In this document: piece after piece, positions 35,489-43,811 of the stretch | Layout of the letters: each line of letters opens with the position of its first letter | Position numbering within the stretch: the stretch's first letter is position 1 | Source of the DNA: Gemmatimonadales bacterium | GTDB lineage: Bacteria > Gemmatimonadota > Gemmatimonadetes > Gemmatimonadales > GWC2-71-9 | Direction of reading: 5' to 3' | Assembly: GCA_035997125.1 (NCBI GenBank) | Contig: DASYIX010000115.1 | Location: 29 to 64,028, forward strand | DNA: 64,000 nt | The notes under the pieces: model-generated | Database searches by the model: none | What the model was told of the DNA's origin: nothing | Seen by the model: the letters and a program-made list of their open reading frames with translations, nothing else | Made by a program: the position numbers and the translations under genes

Positions 35489-35875
35489 TTAGGAGAGCTC
35501 CTCAGGAGTGGCCGGCCGGAACAGGAGATCGAAAGCCAGAAACAGGGTCTTGGAGAACGGGTAGAGGAGGAACGGCGCCAGCACCATGAGCGCGATGCCC
35601 CCATACTGAAGCAACGTCCAAGGGGGATCGGGCCAGGAGATGACTAGGACTAGGACAAAAAGAATCGCAAAGATCAACTCCGATGCAATGATGTTGAACA
35701 TGTAGGAACCGACCTGGTAGCCGGACTCATGTCGCTCGAGAGGAATTCCGCAGACCGGGCAGTACTCCCGCATCCGGAACCAGGAGCGGAAAATCGGTCG
35801 CCCTCCGCAATTGGGGCAGCGCAGGCGCAGGGCTCGCCCAAAGAGGCGGAGGGCATATCCTACCATACGCTTCAT
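35489..35875 (-). CDS. DUF983 domain-containing membrane protein
   Basis: Zinc-ribbon 'RCPNCGGRPIFRSWFRMREYCPVCG' followed by two TM helices. Confidence 0.75.
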   Translation of the reverse strand: MKRMVGYALRLFGRALRLRCPNCGGRPIFRSWFRMREYCPVCGIPLERHESGYQVGSYMFNIIASELIFAILFVLVLVISWPDPPWTLLQYGGIALMVLAPFLLYPFSKTLFLAFDLLFRPATPEELS

Positions 35876-35913
35876 GAGTCAAACCTACACGCTGTGTCCT
35901 GAGAGGCGATGGC

Positions 35914-36429
35914 ATGCGGCGGCCAGTCATCGGAGTCATGGGGGCGGGTGAGCCGAGCCCGGGCTGCAGGACGGCAGCGCGTGAGCTCGGCCGTCTGCTG
36001 GCGGAACGGGGCTGGATCGTGCTCACCGGCGGTCGCCCGGAGGGAGTCATGGCCGCGGCGTCCGCCGGGGCCAAGCAAGTTCCCGGCAGTCTGACGCTGG
36101 GCATCCTCCCGGGAGTCTCCGGCGCCGGTCCCGATGTGGATGTGGCCGTGTTCACCGGTATGGGCGAAGCCCGCAACGCGATCAATGTGCTCACCAGTGA
36201 TGTGATCGTGGCCTGCGGGGTGGAAGGTCCGGGAACGCTCTCTGAAGTTGCCCTGGCGCTCAGGGCGGATAAGATCGTCATCCTACTGCAGGCGTCGGAG
36301 CCGGCCCGCTCGTTATTCAGGAGCCTCCCAACCGGTGGCAGGCTACTCGAAGCGGCCGCGCCGGTGGACGCGGTGCGCATTCTCGAGGAGAAGCTCGCGA
36401 TTCCTCGCGGAGCGCCGTGGCTCGGCTAG
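35914..36429 (+). CDS. TIGR00725 / LOG-SLOG family protein
   Basis: 'VIGVMGAGE...ARELGRLLAERGWIVLTGGRPEGVMAAASAGAK...GILPG...GMGEARNAINV'. Confidence 0.75.
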   Translation: MRRPVIGVMGAGEPSPGCRTAARELGRLLAERGWIVLTGGRPEGVMAAASAGAKQVPGSLTLGILPGVSGAGPDVDVAVFTGMGEARNAINVLTSDVIVACGVEGPGTLSEVALALRADKIVILLQASEPARSLFRSLPTGGRLLEAAAPVDAVRILEEKLAIPRGAPWLG

Positions 36430-36476
36430 TTTCGGTTCGGATGTAGTCCTCCCGAGATGAAGATACGGAGTGCACC

Positions 36477-36797
36477 ATGCTCATCTGCCAGTGGCATCTC
36501 GACATTGTCTACGGGAAACAGGCAGAAGCCCTGCGGGTCATGCGGGCTTGGGGGGCGGAGAAGTTCGCCAGCTCCGAATTTCGGAGGGCCCGCAACGCCC
36601 GCCTACTCGCGGGGCTGGTGGGGGCTTCTGCATCGCACCTGATTGACGAGTACACGTTCGAGTCGCTCGCCGACTTCGAGGCCGCGCTTGCCGGGATGGC
36701 CGGGCCCCAATTCAAAGCCCACTCTGACTCGCTGGCTCCGTTCATCGTTCCCGGATCCCAACATTGGGTGGTCTACCGGGTGCTGGAACAACCCTAA
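36477..36797 (+). CDS. hypothetical protein (ferredoxin-like alpha+beta fold suspected)
   Basis: 106-aa ORF with high-GC codon usage and no motif I recognise. Confidence 0.45.
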   Translation: MLICQWHLDIVYGKQAEALRVMRAWGAEKFASSEFRRARNARLLAGLVGASASHLIDEYTFESLADFEAALAGMAGPQFKAHSDSLAPFIVPGSQHWVVYRVLEQP

Positions 36798-36828
36798 GCA
36801 GCGGATCTCCATCGACTAGCGGCGGGTG

Positions 36829-36975
36829 GTGCCGCTGACGCTCTTTGTGCTGGGCTGGATCTTCCAGTTTGTAGGTCACGCGATTGAGGGAAAGCCTCCC
36901 GAATACCTCCACGACTGGCGCTTTCTGTTCGTGGGAGTCCGCTGGTGGGCGGCGAAGATTCGGGGACGAGCCTGA
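36829..36975 (+). pseudogene. C-terminal remnant of a DUF962 (Mpo1-like) membrane protein gene
   Basis: The 49 codons 'VPLTLFVLGWIFQFVGHAIEGKPPEYLHDWRFLFVGVRWWAAKIRG' match the conserved 'FQF.GH..EG.KPA' core and tail. Stops in the upstream sequence leave no N-terminal half. Confidence 0.45.
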
Positions 36976-36987
36976 CCGACCGCCCTC

Positions 36988-38904
36988 CTACCCCGTCCCC
37001 GAAGACTCGACGACATAGGCTTCCATCGCGAAGTACTCGGCCAGTCCCAGACGGTCGAGCTCCGCGGCCGTTCCCTTGTTGCGGGCCTCGACCCGCTGCC
37101 AGAACTCTCGTTCATCCGGTCCCGGGAAGGGCGCGGTGTCCTTCTGGGACTGGTGTTTGAAGATCGCCTGGATCTTGAGCCGCAGCTCCTCCTGCGACAG
37201 CGGCACCAGCCAGGTGGCTTCGGTGACCGGCCACTCCTGCCACGCGCCCCGGTAGAGCCAGACCTCCGGCCGTGGGTTCCCCGTACAGACGTAGTGCTCC
37301 AGCGCCTGCTCGACCGCCTCTTTGCAAACCCGGTGAGTTCCATGGGGGTCCGACAGGTCGCCGGCCACGAATACGAGATCGGGCCGGACCTCGTCGAGCA
37401 GGCTGCGCACGATGGCGATATCGTCCGCCCCGATGGGATCCTTCCGGACCTTGCCGGTGCGATAGAACGGAAGATTGAGAAACCGTGCGGCGCGGTCGTC
37501 GAGTCCGAGGGTGCGGATGCCGGCCACTGCCTCCGACTCCCGAATGATCCGCTTGGCGTCCTGCACCTCGGCAATGTCGACATCGCCGGGCCGTTTGCCG
37601 GCGAGGAAGTCAGTGACCCGGCGCCCCAGATCGGCAGCCGCGGCCTCGGGCAGGTGACGTTCCGCCGCCAGGCGGTGAATGAAATCGAGATGCCGGCGGA
37701 CGTCGTGATCGAAGACCGCCAGATTGCCGCTCGTCATGTAGGCGACGGTGATCTCATTGGCATTCGCGGCCAGCTTGTGCAGGATCCCCCCCATCGAGAT
37801 GACGTCGTCGTCCGGATGCGGCGAGAAACAAATCACCCGCTTGCCTCGGGGCAGCTTGGAGCGGCCCCGGATCTTGGCCCCGAGGGCGTTGAACACCTCT
37901 CCGTTCAGCGCGCCGGGGGAGCCGTATCGGGCGACCAGCGCGGAGAGCCGGTGTTCGGCATAATCCCGCTGAGTGAGCTTCAGGACGGCCTTGCCGGTCT
38001 GGTGAGACAGCCAGGTGACCGCGCGCACTACCAGGCTGCTGGTCCATTCGACCGATCCGAGCAGCCACGGCGTGGCTATCCGGGTGAGCGCCGCCGCGGC
38101 GGGGCGATCGAGATAAAACGTGGTGTTTGGGTGACGCTGCAAGAAAGTTGCGGCCACTTCATGATCCACCTCTCCTTCGACCGCCCGGCGCACGATGTCG
38201 GCTTTGTGCTCTCCGGTGGCCAGGATGAGAATCTCCCGTGCCTCGAAGATGGTCTCGACCCCCATGGTGATAGCTTCGCGGGGAACATTCTCCTCGCCGA
38301 AGAAGTCGGCTGCCGTATCCTTCCGCGTCACCAGGTCGAGCGTGATTACTCGAGTGCGACTTTCCGCGCCGGAGCCGGGCTCGTTGAATCCGATGTGCCC
38401 GGTCCGCCCAATCCCCAACAGCTGGAGATCGATTCCCCCCGCCGCCTGGATGGCGTGCTCATACCGCCGGCACTCTTCCTCCACCTGGTCCCGGCGAACG
38501 TCACCGCGAGGGAGATGGATGTTTGCTGGAACGATATCGAGCTGATCGAACAAGTTCTCCCGCATGAACCGGTGGTACGAGTGGATGCTCGCCGGATCCA
38601 TCGGGTAGTACTCATCCAGGTTAAAGGTGACCACGTCGGCAAAGCTGAATCCGTCTTCCTGGTGCATCCGGATGAGCTCGCGATAGACTCCGATGGGCGT
38701 AGACCCGGTGGCCAGGCCGAGCACGGCGCGTTGTCCGCCGGCTCGCTTGGCCCGGATGACGTCGGCGATGCGCTGGGCCACCAGCCGGCCAAGATGGTCG
38801 TGATCGTCCACGATCACCGTGCGAATGCGCTCGAGACCGGGGGATCCACTGGCAGGAGAGGCTGGAGTGCTCACGACTCCACGACCACGCAATCCATGGG
38901 CCAT
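36988..38904 (-). CDS. nagB: glucosamine-6-phosphate deaminase, long form fused to a PIG-L/LmbE-type deacetylase domain
   Basis: N-terminal 'LGLATGSTPIGVYRELI...FNLDEYYP...LLGIGRTGHIGFNEPGS'. C-terminal 'VICFSPHPDDDVISMGG' (the LmbE motif). 638 aa. Confidence 0.88.
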   Translation of the reverse strand: MAHGLRGRGVVSTPASPASGSPGLERIRTVIVDDHDHLGRLVAQRIADVIRAKRAGGQRAVLGLATGSTPIGVYRELIRMHQEDGFSFADVVTFNLDEYYPMDPASIHSYHRFMRENLFDQLDIVPANIHLPRGDVRRDQVEEECRRYEHAIQAAGGIDLQLLGIGRTGHIGFNEPGSGAESRTRVITLDLVTRKDTAADFFGEENVPREAITMGVETIFEAREILILATGEHKADIVRRAVEGEVDHEVAATFLQRHPNTTFYLDRPAAAALTRIATPWLLGSVEWTSSLVVRAVTWLSHQTGKAVLKLTQRDYAEHRLSALVARYGSPGALNGEVFNALGAKIRGRSKLPRGKRVICFSPHPDDDVISMGGILHKLAANANEITVAYMTSGNLAVFDHDVRRHLDFIHRLAAERHLPEAAAADLGRRVTDFLAGKRPGDVDIAEVQDAKRIIRESEAVAGIRTLGLDDRAARFLNLPFYRTGKVRKDPIGADDIAIVRSLLDEVRPDLVFVAGDLSDPHGTHRVCKEAVEQALEHYVCTGNPRPEVWLYRGAWQEWPVTEATWLVPLSQEELRLKIQAIFKHQSQKDTAPFPGPDEREFWQRVEARNKGTAAELDRLGLAEYFAMEAYVVESSGTG

Positions 38905-39113
38905 GCAGGGCCCCGATCATGTCCCCGGAGACCAGGGGTAGGCCGGGTGGGTCTCCCAGGCGCAGCCGTTGGTAGCTGAGTCTCTCAAATCGCCCCCCAT
39001 CGTGTCATTCTTCGGGCCAGGCCCAGCGTGCTCGCGTTGCCGCCCGGCCGTCTGCCCGTTCCCGAAGTGGCGGAACTGGCGTAGAATGAAGCGGGCTTGA
39101 TGAGCGAGGCTGA

Positions 39114-39560
39114 GTGTACCGAGAACCGACCCTACCGACCGCAGAGGACGCTTCCCCGCGAGAGCTGTGGCGGGCTAGCTGGAAGCTGCTTCTCATGCTG
39201 GCGGCCCTGTGCCTGCTGGTTGTGCCACTGGTTCGCGAGCTGCCCCTGGGGCAGAGTAGCCGAACCGGCATCGTGGCCTGGGTGCTGGTCGGCCTGGCCT
39301 TGTACTGGCTCTATGCCGGCATGGGATATCGTCCGCTCCTGCTGCTCCAGCTTTTGCTCTTTTCGGCGGCGGCAGCGCTCCTGAGCGCCAAGCTGCTGCT
39401 GGTCGCGGTGGACGTCAAAGAGCTCACCGTGCTCCGCTATTTCGCGCGGGGGATGATCCTGGTTGGAGCCGGTCTGGCAGGGGCAAATCTCGGCGCCATG
39501 CTGCTCACGCTCTGGCGACGATCGCGGGGCAACGCCCCGGTGAGGGAGAATCGTCCTTGA
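39114..39560 (+). CDS. membrane protein, hypothetical
   Basis: 148 aa with four hydrophobic helices. Its stop overlaps the TTG start of the next ORF. Confidence 0.5.
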   Translation: MYREPTLPTAEDASPRELWRASWKLLLMLAALCLLVVPLVRELPLGQSSRTGIVAWVLVGLALYWLYAGMGYRPLLLLQLLLFSAAAALLSAKLLLVAVDVKELTVLRYFARGMILVGAGLAGANLGAMLLTLWRRSRGNAPVRENRP

Positions 39561-39823
39561 TCTGCCGGATCTGGCATGGCTGGACCACGCCAGAGAATGC
39601 CGATGCATATGACTCCCTCCTCCGCAAGGAAATCTTCCAGGGCAATTCCGCGCGCAAGATCGCTGGCTACCTCGGCATTGATCTGCTCCGGCGGGATCTC
39701 GACGGCTCCCATGAGTCTTCACCGGCAAAGGCGCGCACGGCGTCGAGCGACTCGAGCCACATGACGGTGATAAACTTCTCCGTGGGGCCTAGCTCTCTCG
39801 TCCATACGGAGCGCCGTCCATGA
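39557..39823 (+). CDS. ABM-like (dimeric alpha+beta barrel) protein gene carrying an inverted 84-bp internal segment; probably inactivated
   Basis: The N-terminus 'MICRIWHGWTTPENADAYDSLLRKEIF...GIDLLRRDLDG' is family-typical. The expected continuation 'GPTEKFITVMWLESLDAVRAFAGEDSWE' is encoded on the opposite strand at 39788->39705. The ORF stays open through the inverted part. It has a TTGA overlap upstream and an ATGA overlap downstream. Confidence 0.6.
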   Translation: MICRIWHGWTTPENADAYDSLLRKEIFQGNSARKIAGYLGIDLLRRDLDGSHESSPAKARTASSDSSHMTVINFSVGPSSLVHTERRP

Positions 39824-40269
39824 TGCTCCGTTGGCTGCTCGCCTCGTTCCATCTGCTGGCACTCGGCCTGGGGCTGGGCGCCGTCTGGGTGCGCGGCCGC
39901 GCGCTCCGGGGCCCGCTCGACCCTGCGGGATTTCGGCGGGTCTTCCTTGCCGACGCGGTGTGGGGATTGGCCGCTCTGCTCTGGATCGGCACCGGTCTCT
40001 GGCGCCTGCTCGGCGGAACCGAGAAGCCAACCGACTATTACCTGCACAGCCACGTGTTCATGACGAAGATGGCTCTGCTTCTCCTGATTCTGGTCCTGGA
40101 GCTCCGGCCGATGATCACGCTCATCCGCTGGCGCACGCTCGTGGGGCGGGGAGAGCTGCCCGACACCCGGGTGGCGCCGCTCCTGGCCCGCATCAGCTTT
40201 ATCCAGGCGGGGATCGTCGTCCTTATGGTGTTCGCTGCCACCGCAACGGCCCGAGGACTCCATGGCTAG
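39820..40269 (+). CDS. DUF2214 family membrane protein
   Basis: 149 aa, four TM helices, 'LRWLLASFHLLALGLGLGAV...YYLHSHVFMTKMALLLLILVLE'. Confidence 0.6.
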   Translation: MMLRWLLASFHLLALGLGLGAVWVRGRALRGPLDPAGFRRVFLADAVWGLAALLWIGTGLWRLLGGTEKPTDYYLHSHVFMTKMALLLLILVLELRPMITLIRWRTLVGRGELPDTRVAPLLARISFIQAGIVVLMVFAATATARGLHG

Positions 40270-40588
40270 ACTCTCGATCCGGTTTGCTCTCGTCCCGCTC
40301 CTGTTGGCGCGGGTCGCTCCTGGCTATGCACAGTCCACCGACTCTCCCGACGGGGGAACGCTCCTGGTGGCGATCTTGATTCCGTCGGTCAAGTAGGGGC
40401 TCATGTGGACCAGGTTGTGGCGCTGGATGCCAGACCAAGTGGCGCAGTAGTGGTCTACTACGACAAGGCCGCCAAATAGCGACCGCCTTCTAAAGTAAGT
40501 TGTTCACCGCAGGCCGTATCGATTTATGCCAGCAATAGATAGACACTTGTCATCCAGTCATCGTTGAGGTATTTACCCGGAGCGCATT

Positions 40589-40882
40589 ATGCCGGCGTAC
40601 GTGGTTTTGAACGTGACGGTGCGGGAGCGGGAAGCCTACGACCGGTACAAGCCGTTGGCTGCTCAGTCCGTGGCTCTGTACGGCGGCCGCTACCTCGCGC
40701 GCGGCGGAGCTACCGAAACGCTGGAAGGGGAATGGCACCCCAGCCGATTCGTTATCCTTGAGTTTCCCACGGTAGAACGGGGCCGCGCGTGGTGGACGTC
40801 GCCGGAGTACGGTCCGGCCAAGGCGCTGCGGCAGAGCTGCGCCGACGCCGAGATGGTGCTGGTCGAGGGTGTGCCCGGCTGA
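40589..40882 (+). CDS. DUF1330 domain-containing protein
   Basis: 'MPAYVVLNVTVREREAYDRYKP...YGGRYLARGG...VILEFPTVERGRAWWTSPEY'. 97 aa. Confidence 0.8.
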   Translation: MPAYVVLNVTVREREAYDRYKPLAAQSVALYGGRYLARGGATETLEGEWHPSRFVILEFPTVERGRAWWTSPEYGPAKALRQSCADAEMVLVEGVPG

Positions 40883-40886
40883 CTCA

Positions 40887-40920
40887 CCCTTGCCCCTATC
40901 CAAGCGCAGGGATTTTTTTC
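40887..40920 (+). terminator. possible intrinsic terminator after the DUF1330 gene
   Basis: Imperfect stem CCTTGCCC../..GCGCAGGG followed by ATTTTTTTCTC. A T7 run is rare in this GC-rich sequence. Confidence 0.4.
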
Positions 40921-40939
40921 TCGCACGTGTGGAGGAGGG

Positions 40940-41287
40940 ATGGGGGAGCCGAATTTTGCGAATCTCATCGCCACTCTGAACTCGACGCTTCAGAACGTGG
41001 AAGCACGACTGGCCGGGAACCACGAGCCGGTCGAAGGGCTGGAAGACTTCAAGAGTGCGCTGGACGACATGCGGCTCCGGCTCTGGGGACTTCTTAGCGC
41101 CGCAGGTGCGGACGACTTCAAGGGTTTTCAGGAGCGGTTCCGCATCCGCCGGGCCACCGAGATGTGTCACGGCTTGAGCGGCGATCTGGGGACGGGGTCG
41201 CTCGGCCGGCGACACGCCGAGCTCACTGGCCTACGCGAGGCCGCGCTGGAGCTGAGTCGCAGCGTGGAGCGAGCCCAGCAGCATTGA
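40940..41287 (+). CDS. hypothetical protein (helical)
   Basis: 115-aa ORF with GGAGGAGGG upstream. Confidence 0.5.
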   Translation: MGEPNFANLIATLNSTLQNVEARLAGNHEPVEGLEDFKSALDDMRLRLWGLLSAAGADDFKGFQERFRIRRATEMCHGLSGDLGTGSLGRRHAELTGLREAALELSRSVERAQQH

Positions 41288-41305
41288 ACCGCAACTGGAG
41301 GAGTG

Positions 41306-41482
41306 ATGTCCAAACGTGACGATGCCCGGATTGCGGCGCTGGCCAAGAAGAACGCCGAAAAGGCAGTGCGGCCGAAACGCGACCGCGCGGCCCAGTTCGA
41401 TCCTACGTTGCGCCAGCGCCCTGCCGAAGAAGAACCCGAGACCGAGCGCCTTTTCAAGGAAATGAAACGCCGGGAATTCTGA
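41306..41482 (+). CDS. small charged protein (58 aa), hypothetical
   Basis: GGAGGAG lies 3 nt upstream of the ATG. The product is 'MSKRDDARIAALAKKNAEKAVRPKRDRAAQFDPTLRQRPAEEEPETERLFKEMKRREF'. It is below the ORF-track cut-off. Confidence 0.5.
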   Translation: MSKRDDARIAALAKKNAEKAVRPKRDRAAQFDPTLRQRPAEEEPETERLFKEMKRREF

Positions 41483-41490
41483 AGGGCGCC

Positions 41491-42129
41491 ATGACTCACT
41501 CGCCCCCTCGCCGGCCCGTCACCGCTGTTTTTGTCGCCCTCCTGCTCTTGGCCGGGGCCTTCCTCCTCATCACTGTCGCCCTTCGCCACCTCGCGCCCCG
41601 CGCTCGCGACCTGTTCCCGGGCCGAGGCGAGACCACGGTCAGCCACGGCGTGGTGGTGGAGCAGATGCAGGCGGTGGCCAAGCTGGTCAGCAGCGAGACG
41701 ACGCTGCGGGACGTGGTGGTCTACCAGAATCGGCGCCTTGGGTCCACCAAGCGATCGCTCGTGGTGGTGACGGGAAAGGTCCTCGCCGGCCTCGATCTCG
41801 ATGCCGGTACCGAGGTGAACATCGACCATCAAGCCCGGCGCATCGCCATCATGCTTCCGCGAGCCAAGGTGCTGGGTGTGGAAGTGACCAAGCTCCAGAC
41901 CTATGATGAGCGCAATGGCCTGTGGAATGTCTTCCGGCCGGAGGATCGCGACACGATTTATCAGCTCGCGCGGGACCAGCTGGTTGCGGCCGCCGGCGAA
42001 CTGGCGGTGACCGCGCACGCGGAGGAGAGTGCCCGCCGGCTGCTGGGAGCGCTCATCCACGCGGAGGGGTATAGCGTGGACGTCACCTTCGCCGGTCCCA
42101 AAGAGCTCCGAGCCAGCGACAGCACCTGA
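41491..42129 (+). CDS. DUF4230 domain-containing membrane-anchored protein
   Basis: N-terminal TM 'VTAVFVALLLLAGAFLLITVAL', then 'VAKLVSSETTLRDVVVYQNRR...LVVVTGKVLAGLDLD...ARRIAIMLPRAKVLGVEV'. Confidence 0.7.
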   Translation: MTHSPPRRPVTAVFVALLLLAGAFLLITVALRHLAPRARDLFPGRGETTVSHGVVVEQMQAVAKLVSSETTLRDVVVYQNRRLGSTKRSLVVVTGKVLAGLDLDAGTEVNIDHQARRIAIMLPRAKVLGVEVTKLQTYDERNGLWNVFRPEDRDTIYQLARDQLVAAAGELAVTAHAEESARRLLGALIHAEGYSVDVTFAGPKELRASDST

Positions 42130-42185
42130 GCCTCGAGCCCGCCGGCCGAACTGAACGCCAACGCACCGGCCATCCTGGGGTGTAC

Positions 42186-42422
42186 ATGAAGAAGAAGACT
42201 TTGGATCGGGTGACGCTGGACTATCGGGGTAAGCAGATCACCGCCGCCTTGAATCCGGGCGAGCCTCCGATGTGGTACGTCACCATCGGGGCCACCGCCC
42301 TCACCCGTTTTCCGGCGACACCGTCGGACGGCGAGGCCTCGGTGCGCGGCCGGGTGCTCGCCTGGCTGAAGGACCATCCCGATATGCTCGATCGGGATCA
42401 AATCGTACTCGGAGGCGGCTGA
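42186..42422 (+). CDS. hypothetical small protein, PPMWY-motif family (paralog 1)
   Basis: 78 aa: '...LDYRGKQITAALNPGEPPMWYVTIG...FPATPSDGE...RVLAWLKDH'. It is homologous to the next ORF. Confidence 0.55.
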   Translation: MKKKTLDRVTLDYRGKQITAALNPGEPPMWYVTIGATALTRFPATPSDGEASVRGRVLAWLKDHPDMLDRDQIVLGGG

Positions 42423-42525
42423 GCGGTTAGATTTCCCCCGCGCGGCTTTCACCCGCGCCCGGTGGCGAGCTTTTGCGCGCGGGGCCCCCGGATCTCGCGC
42501 GCCCGTTCACTCCAACGAGTCTTCC

Positions 42526-42798
42526 GTGAGCACCCATAAAGTCGAGCAACGTCGTTTACACCACCGCGGCCGCGAGTTTCACTTCGTATCCTACGATGCG
42601 CAGGTAGCCAACGAGCGCCGGGGCGAAGCCGCCATCCCGCCCATGTGGTATCTCATGAATGAGGGCAAGCGCCGCCCGGTCCTGCCGCACACCCCGGGTC
42701 AGGAGCTGATGGAGCTCGATGGCGCGCTCCTCCGTTGGGTTGACGAGCAGGTCTTCGGCGCCAGCGTCCTGCCCCTGGCCCGCCAGCGCCGGAAGTGA
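42526..42798 (+). CDS. hypothetical small protein, PPMWY-motif family (paralog 2)
   Basis: 90 aa: '...LHHRGREFHFVSYD...AAIPPMWYLMNEG...LPHTPGQE...ALLRWVDEQ'. Confidence 0.55.
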   Translation: MSTHKVEQRRLHHRGREFHFVSYDAQVANERRGEAAIPPMWYLMNEGKRRPVLPHTPGQELMELDGALLRWVDEQVFGASVLPLARQRRK

Positions 42799-42811
42799 TC
42801 CCGGCGGAGCC

Positions 42812-43300
42812 ATGACCCCGTCCTTCGACCCGCTCGATCCCGACACTCAGGTCTTCTGGCTCCGGCTGGGCACCGCAATTCTTTGCGGCGGGATCATCGG
42901 GCTCGAGCGGCAGCTCCGGGGCAAGGCCGCCGGTATCCGCACCAGCATCCTCATCTGTCTCGGCACCCAGCTGTTTGTCTCCCTCGGCTCCTCGTTCGGG
43001 GGGGAGCGGGTCGATCCCACCCGGGTGTTAGGACAGGTGGTGACCGGTATCGGGTTCCTGGGCGGCGGAGTGATCCTGGCGCGGGAAGGCGCGGTTATCG
43101 GGGTGACGTCGGCGGCCGTGATCTGGGTGCTCGCCGCGCTGGGATCGCTGATCGGCCTGGGCCATCTGGTGGCCGCCATGGTCCTCAGCCTCGTAACCGT
43201 CGGCCTGCTTACCGGGGTGGAGCTGCTGGAATCGGTTTTTCGCCGGCTCCGTGAGGGGGCCACGGACCGCGAGCTGGAACAAATCGACCTCCAGGAGTGA
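42812..43300 (+). CDS. MgtC/SapB family membrane protein
   Basis: 'LRLGTAILCGGIIGLERQLRGKAAGIRTSILICLG...GQVVTGIGFLGGGVIL'. I take the start at ATG 42812. Confidence 0.85.
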   Translation: MTPSFDPLDPDTQVFWLRLGTAILCGGIIGLERQLRGKAAGIRTSILICLGTQLFVSLGSSFGGERVDPTRVLGQVVTGIGFLGGGVILAREGAVIGVTSAAVIWVLAALGSLIGLGHLVAAMVLSLVTVGLLTGVELLESVFRRLREGATDRELEQIDLQE

Positions 43301-43313
43301 AGCGGGAGCGTCC

Positions 43314-43811
43314 ATGTCTCGCGTGCTGCTGATGCTCTTGAGCGTCCTTACGGCCTGCGGCGACCGGCCAGCACCAGATTCCCTGGCCCGCAACTCCGCC
43401 GACAGCGCCTTCGGCCTGGTCCAATCTCGGGGACACGTGGCGATGGGCGTGGACCAGTACACGTCCTCCCATCGCTTCGAGCCGCTCCCCGATGGCGGGC
43501 GGATCACGCTCGAGCGCAACGGAAACGACTCCGTCGGCACCGCGCAGATTCGAAGCCACATGCGCACGATTGCTCTGGCCTTCGAGCGGGGGGATTTCGC
43601 CCTGCCGGGCTTCGTGCACGACCGCGAGGTGCCCGGCACCGCGGTCATGAGGCAGCGGCGATCGCACATCTCCTACACCACCGATAGCCTTCCTCGGGGC
43701 GCCCAGCTCCGAATTCATTCCGACGACCCAGCCGCGGTCAACGCGATCCACCAGTTCCTCGCCTTCCAGCGCCAGGATCATCGGGTGGGGGTAGGCGGAG
43801 CCGCGCACTAG
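43314..43811 (+). CDS. lipoprotein, hypothetical
   Basis: 'MSRVLLMLLSVLTAC' lipobox. 165 aa. Its stop overlaps the next GTG. Confidence 0.6.
   Translation: MSRVLLMLLSVLTACGDRPAPDSLARNSADSAFGLVQSRGHVAMGVDQYTSSHRFEPLPDGGRITLERNGNDSVGTAQIRSHMRTIALAFERGDFALPGFVHDREVPGTAVMRQRRSHISYTTDSLPRGAQLRIHSDDPAAVNAIHQFLAFQRQDHRVGVGGAAH

Noticed and set aside
39082-39087. A TAGAAT hexamer as the promoter of the 39114 membrane-protein gene. Similar isolated -10-like hexamers occur elsewhere.
   Set aside because: There is no convincing -35 at 16-18 nt, and the promoter consensus of this lineage is unknown. A hexamer alone is not enough to report as a feature.
39437-39712. Minus-strand frame 'MGAVEIPPEQINAE...', which could be read as the missing C-terminus (AV..PPE..) of the ABM-like protein.
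   Set aside because: It is the exact antisense of the well-conserved N-terminal coding half and is in a different frame from the inverted segment. The resemblance is limited to about 6 residues. I judge it a coincidence.
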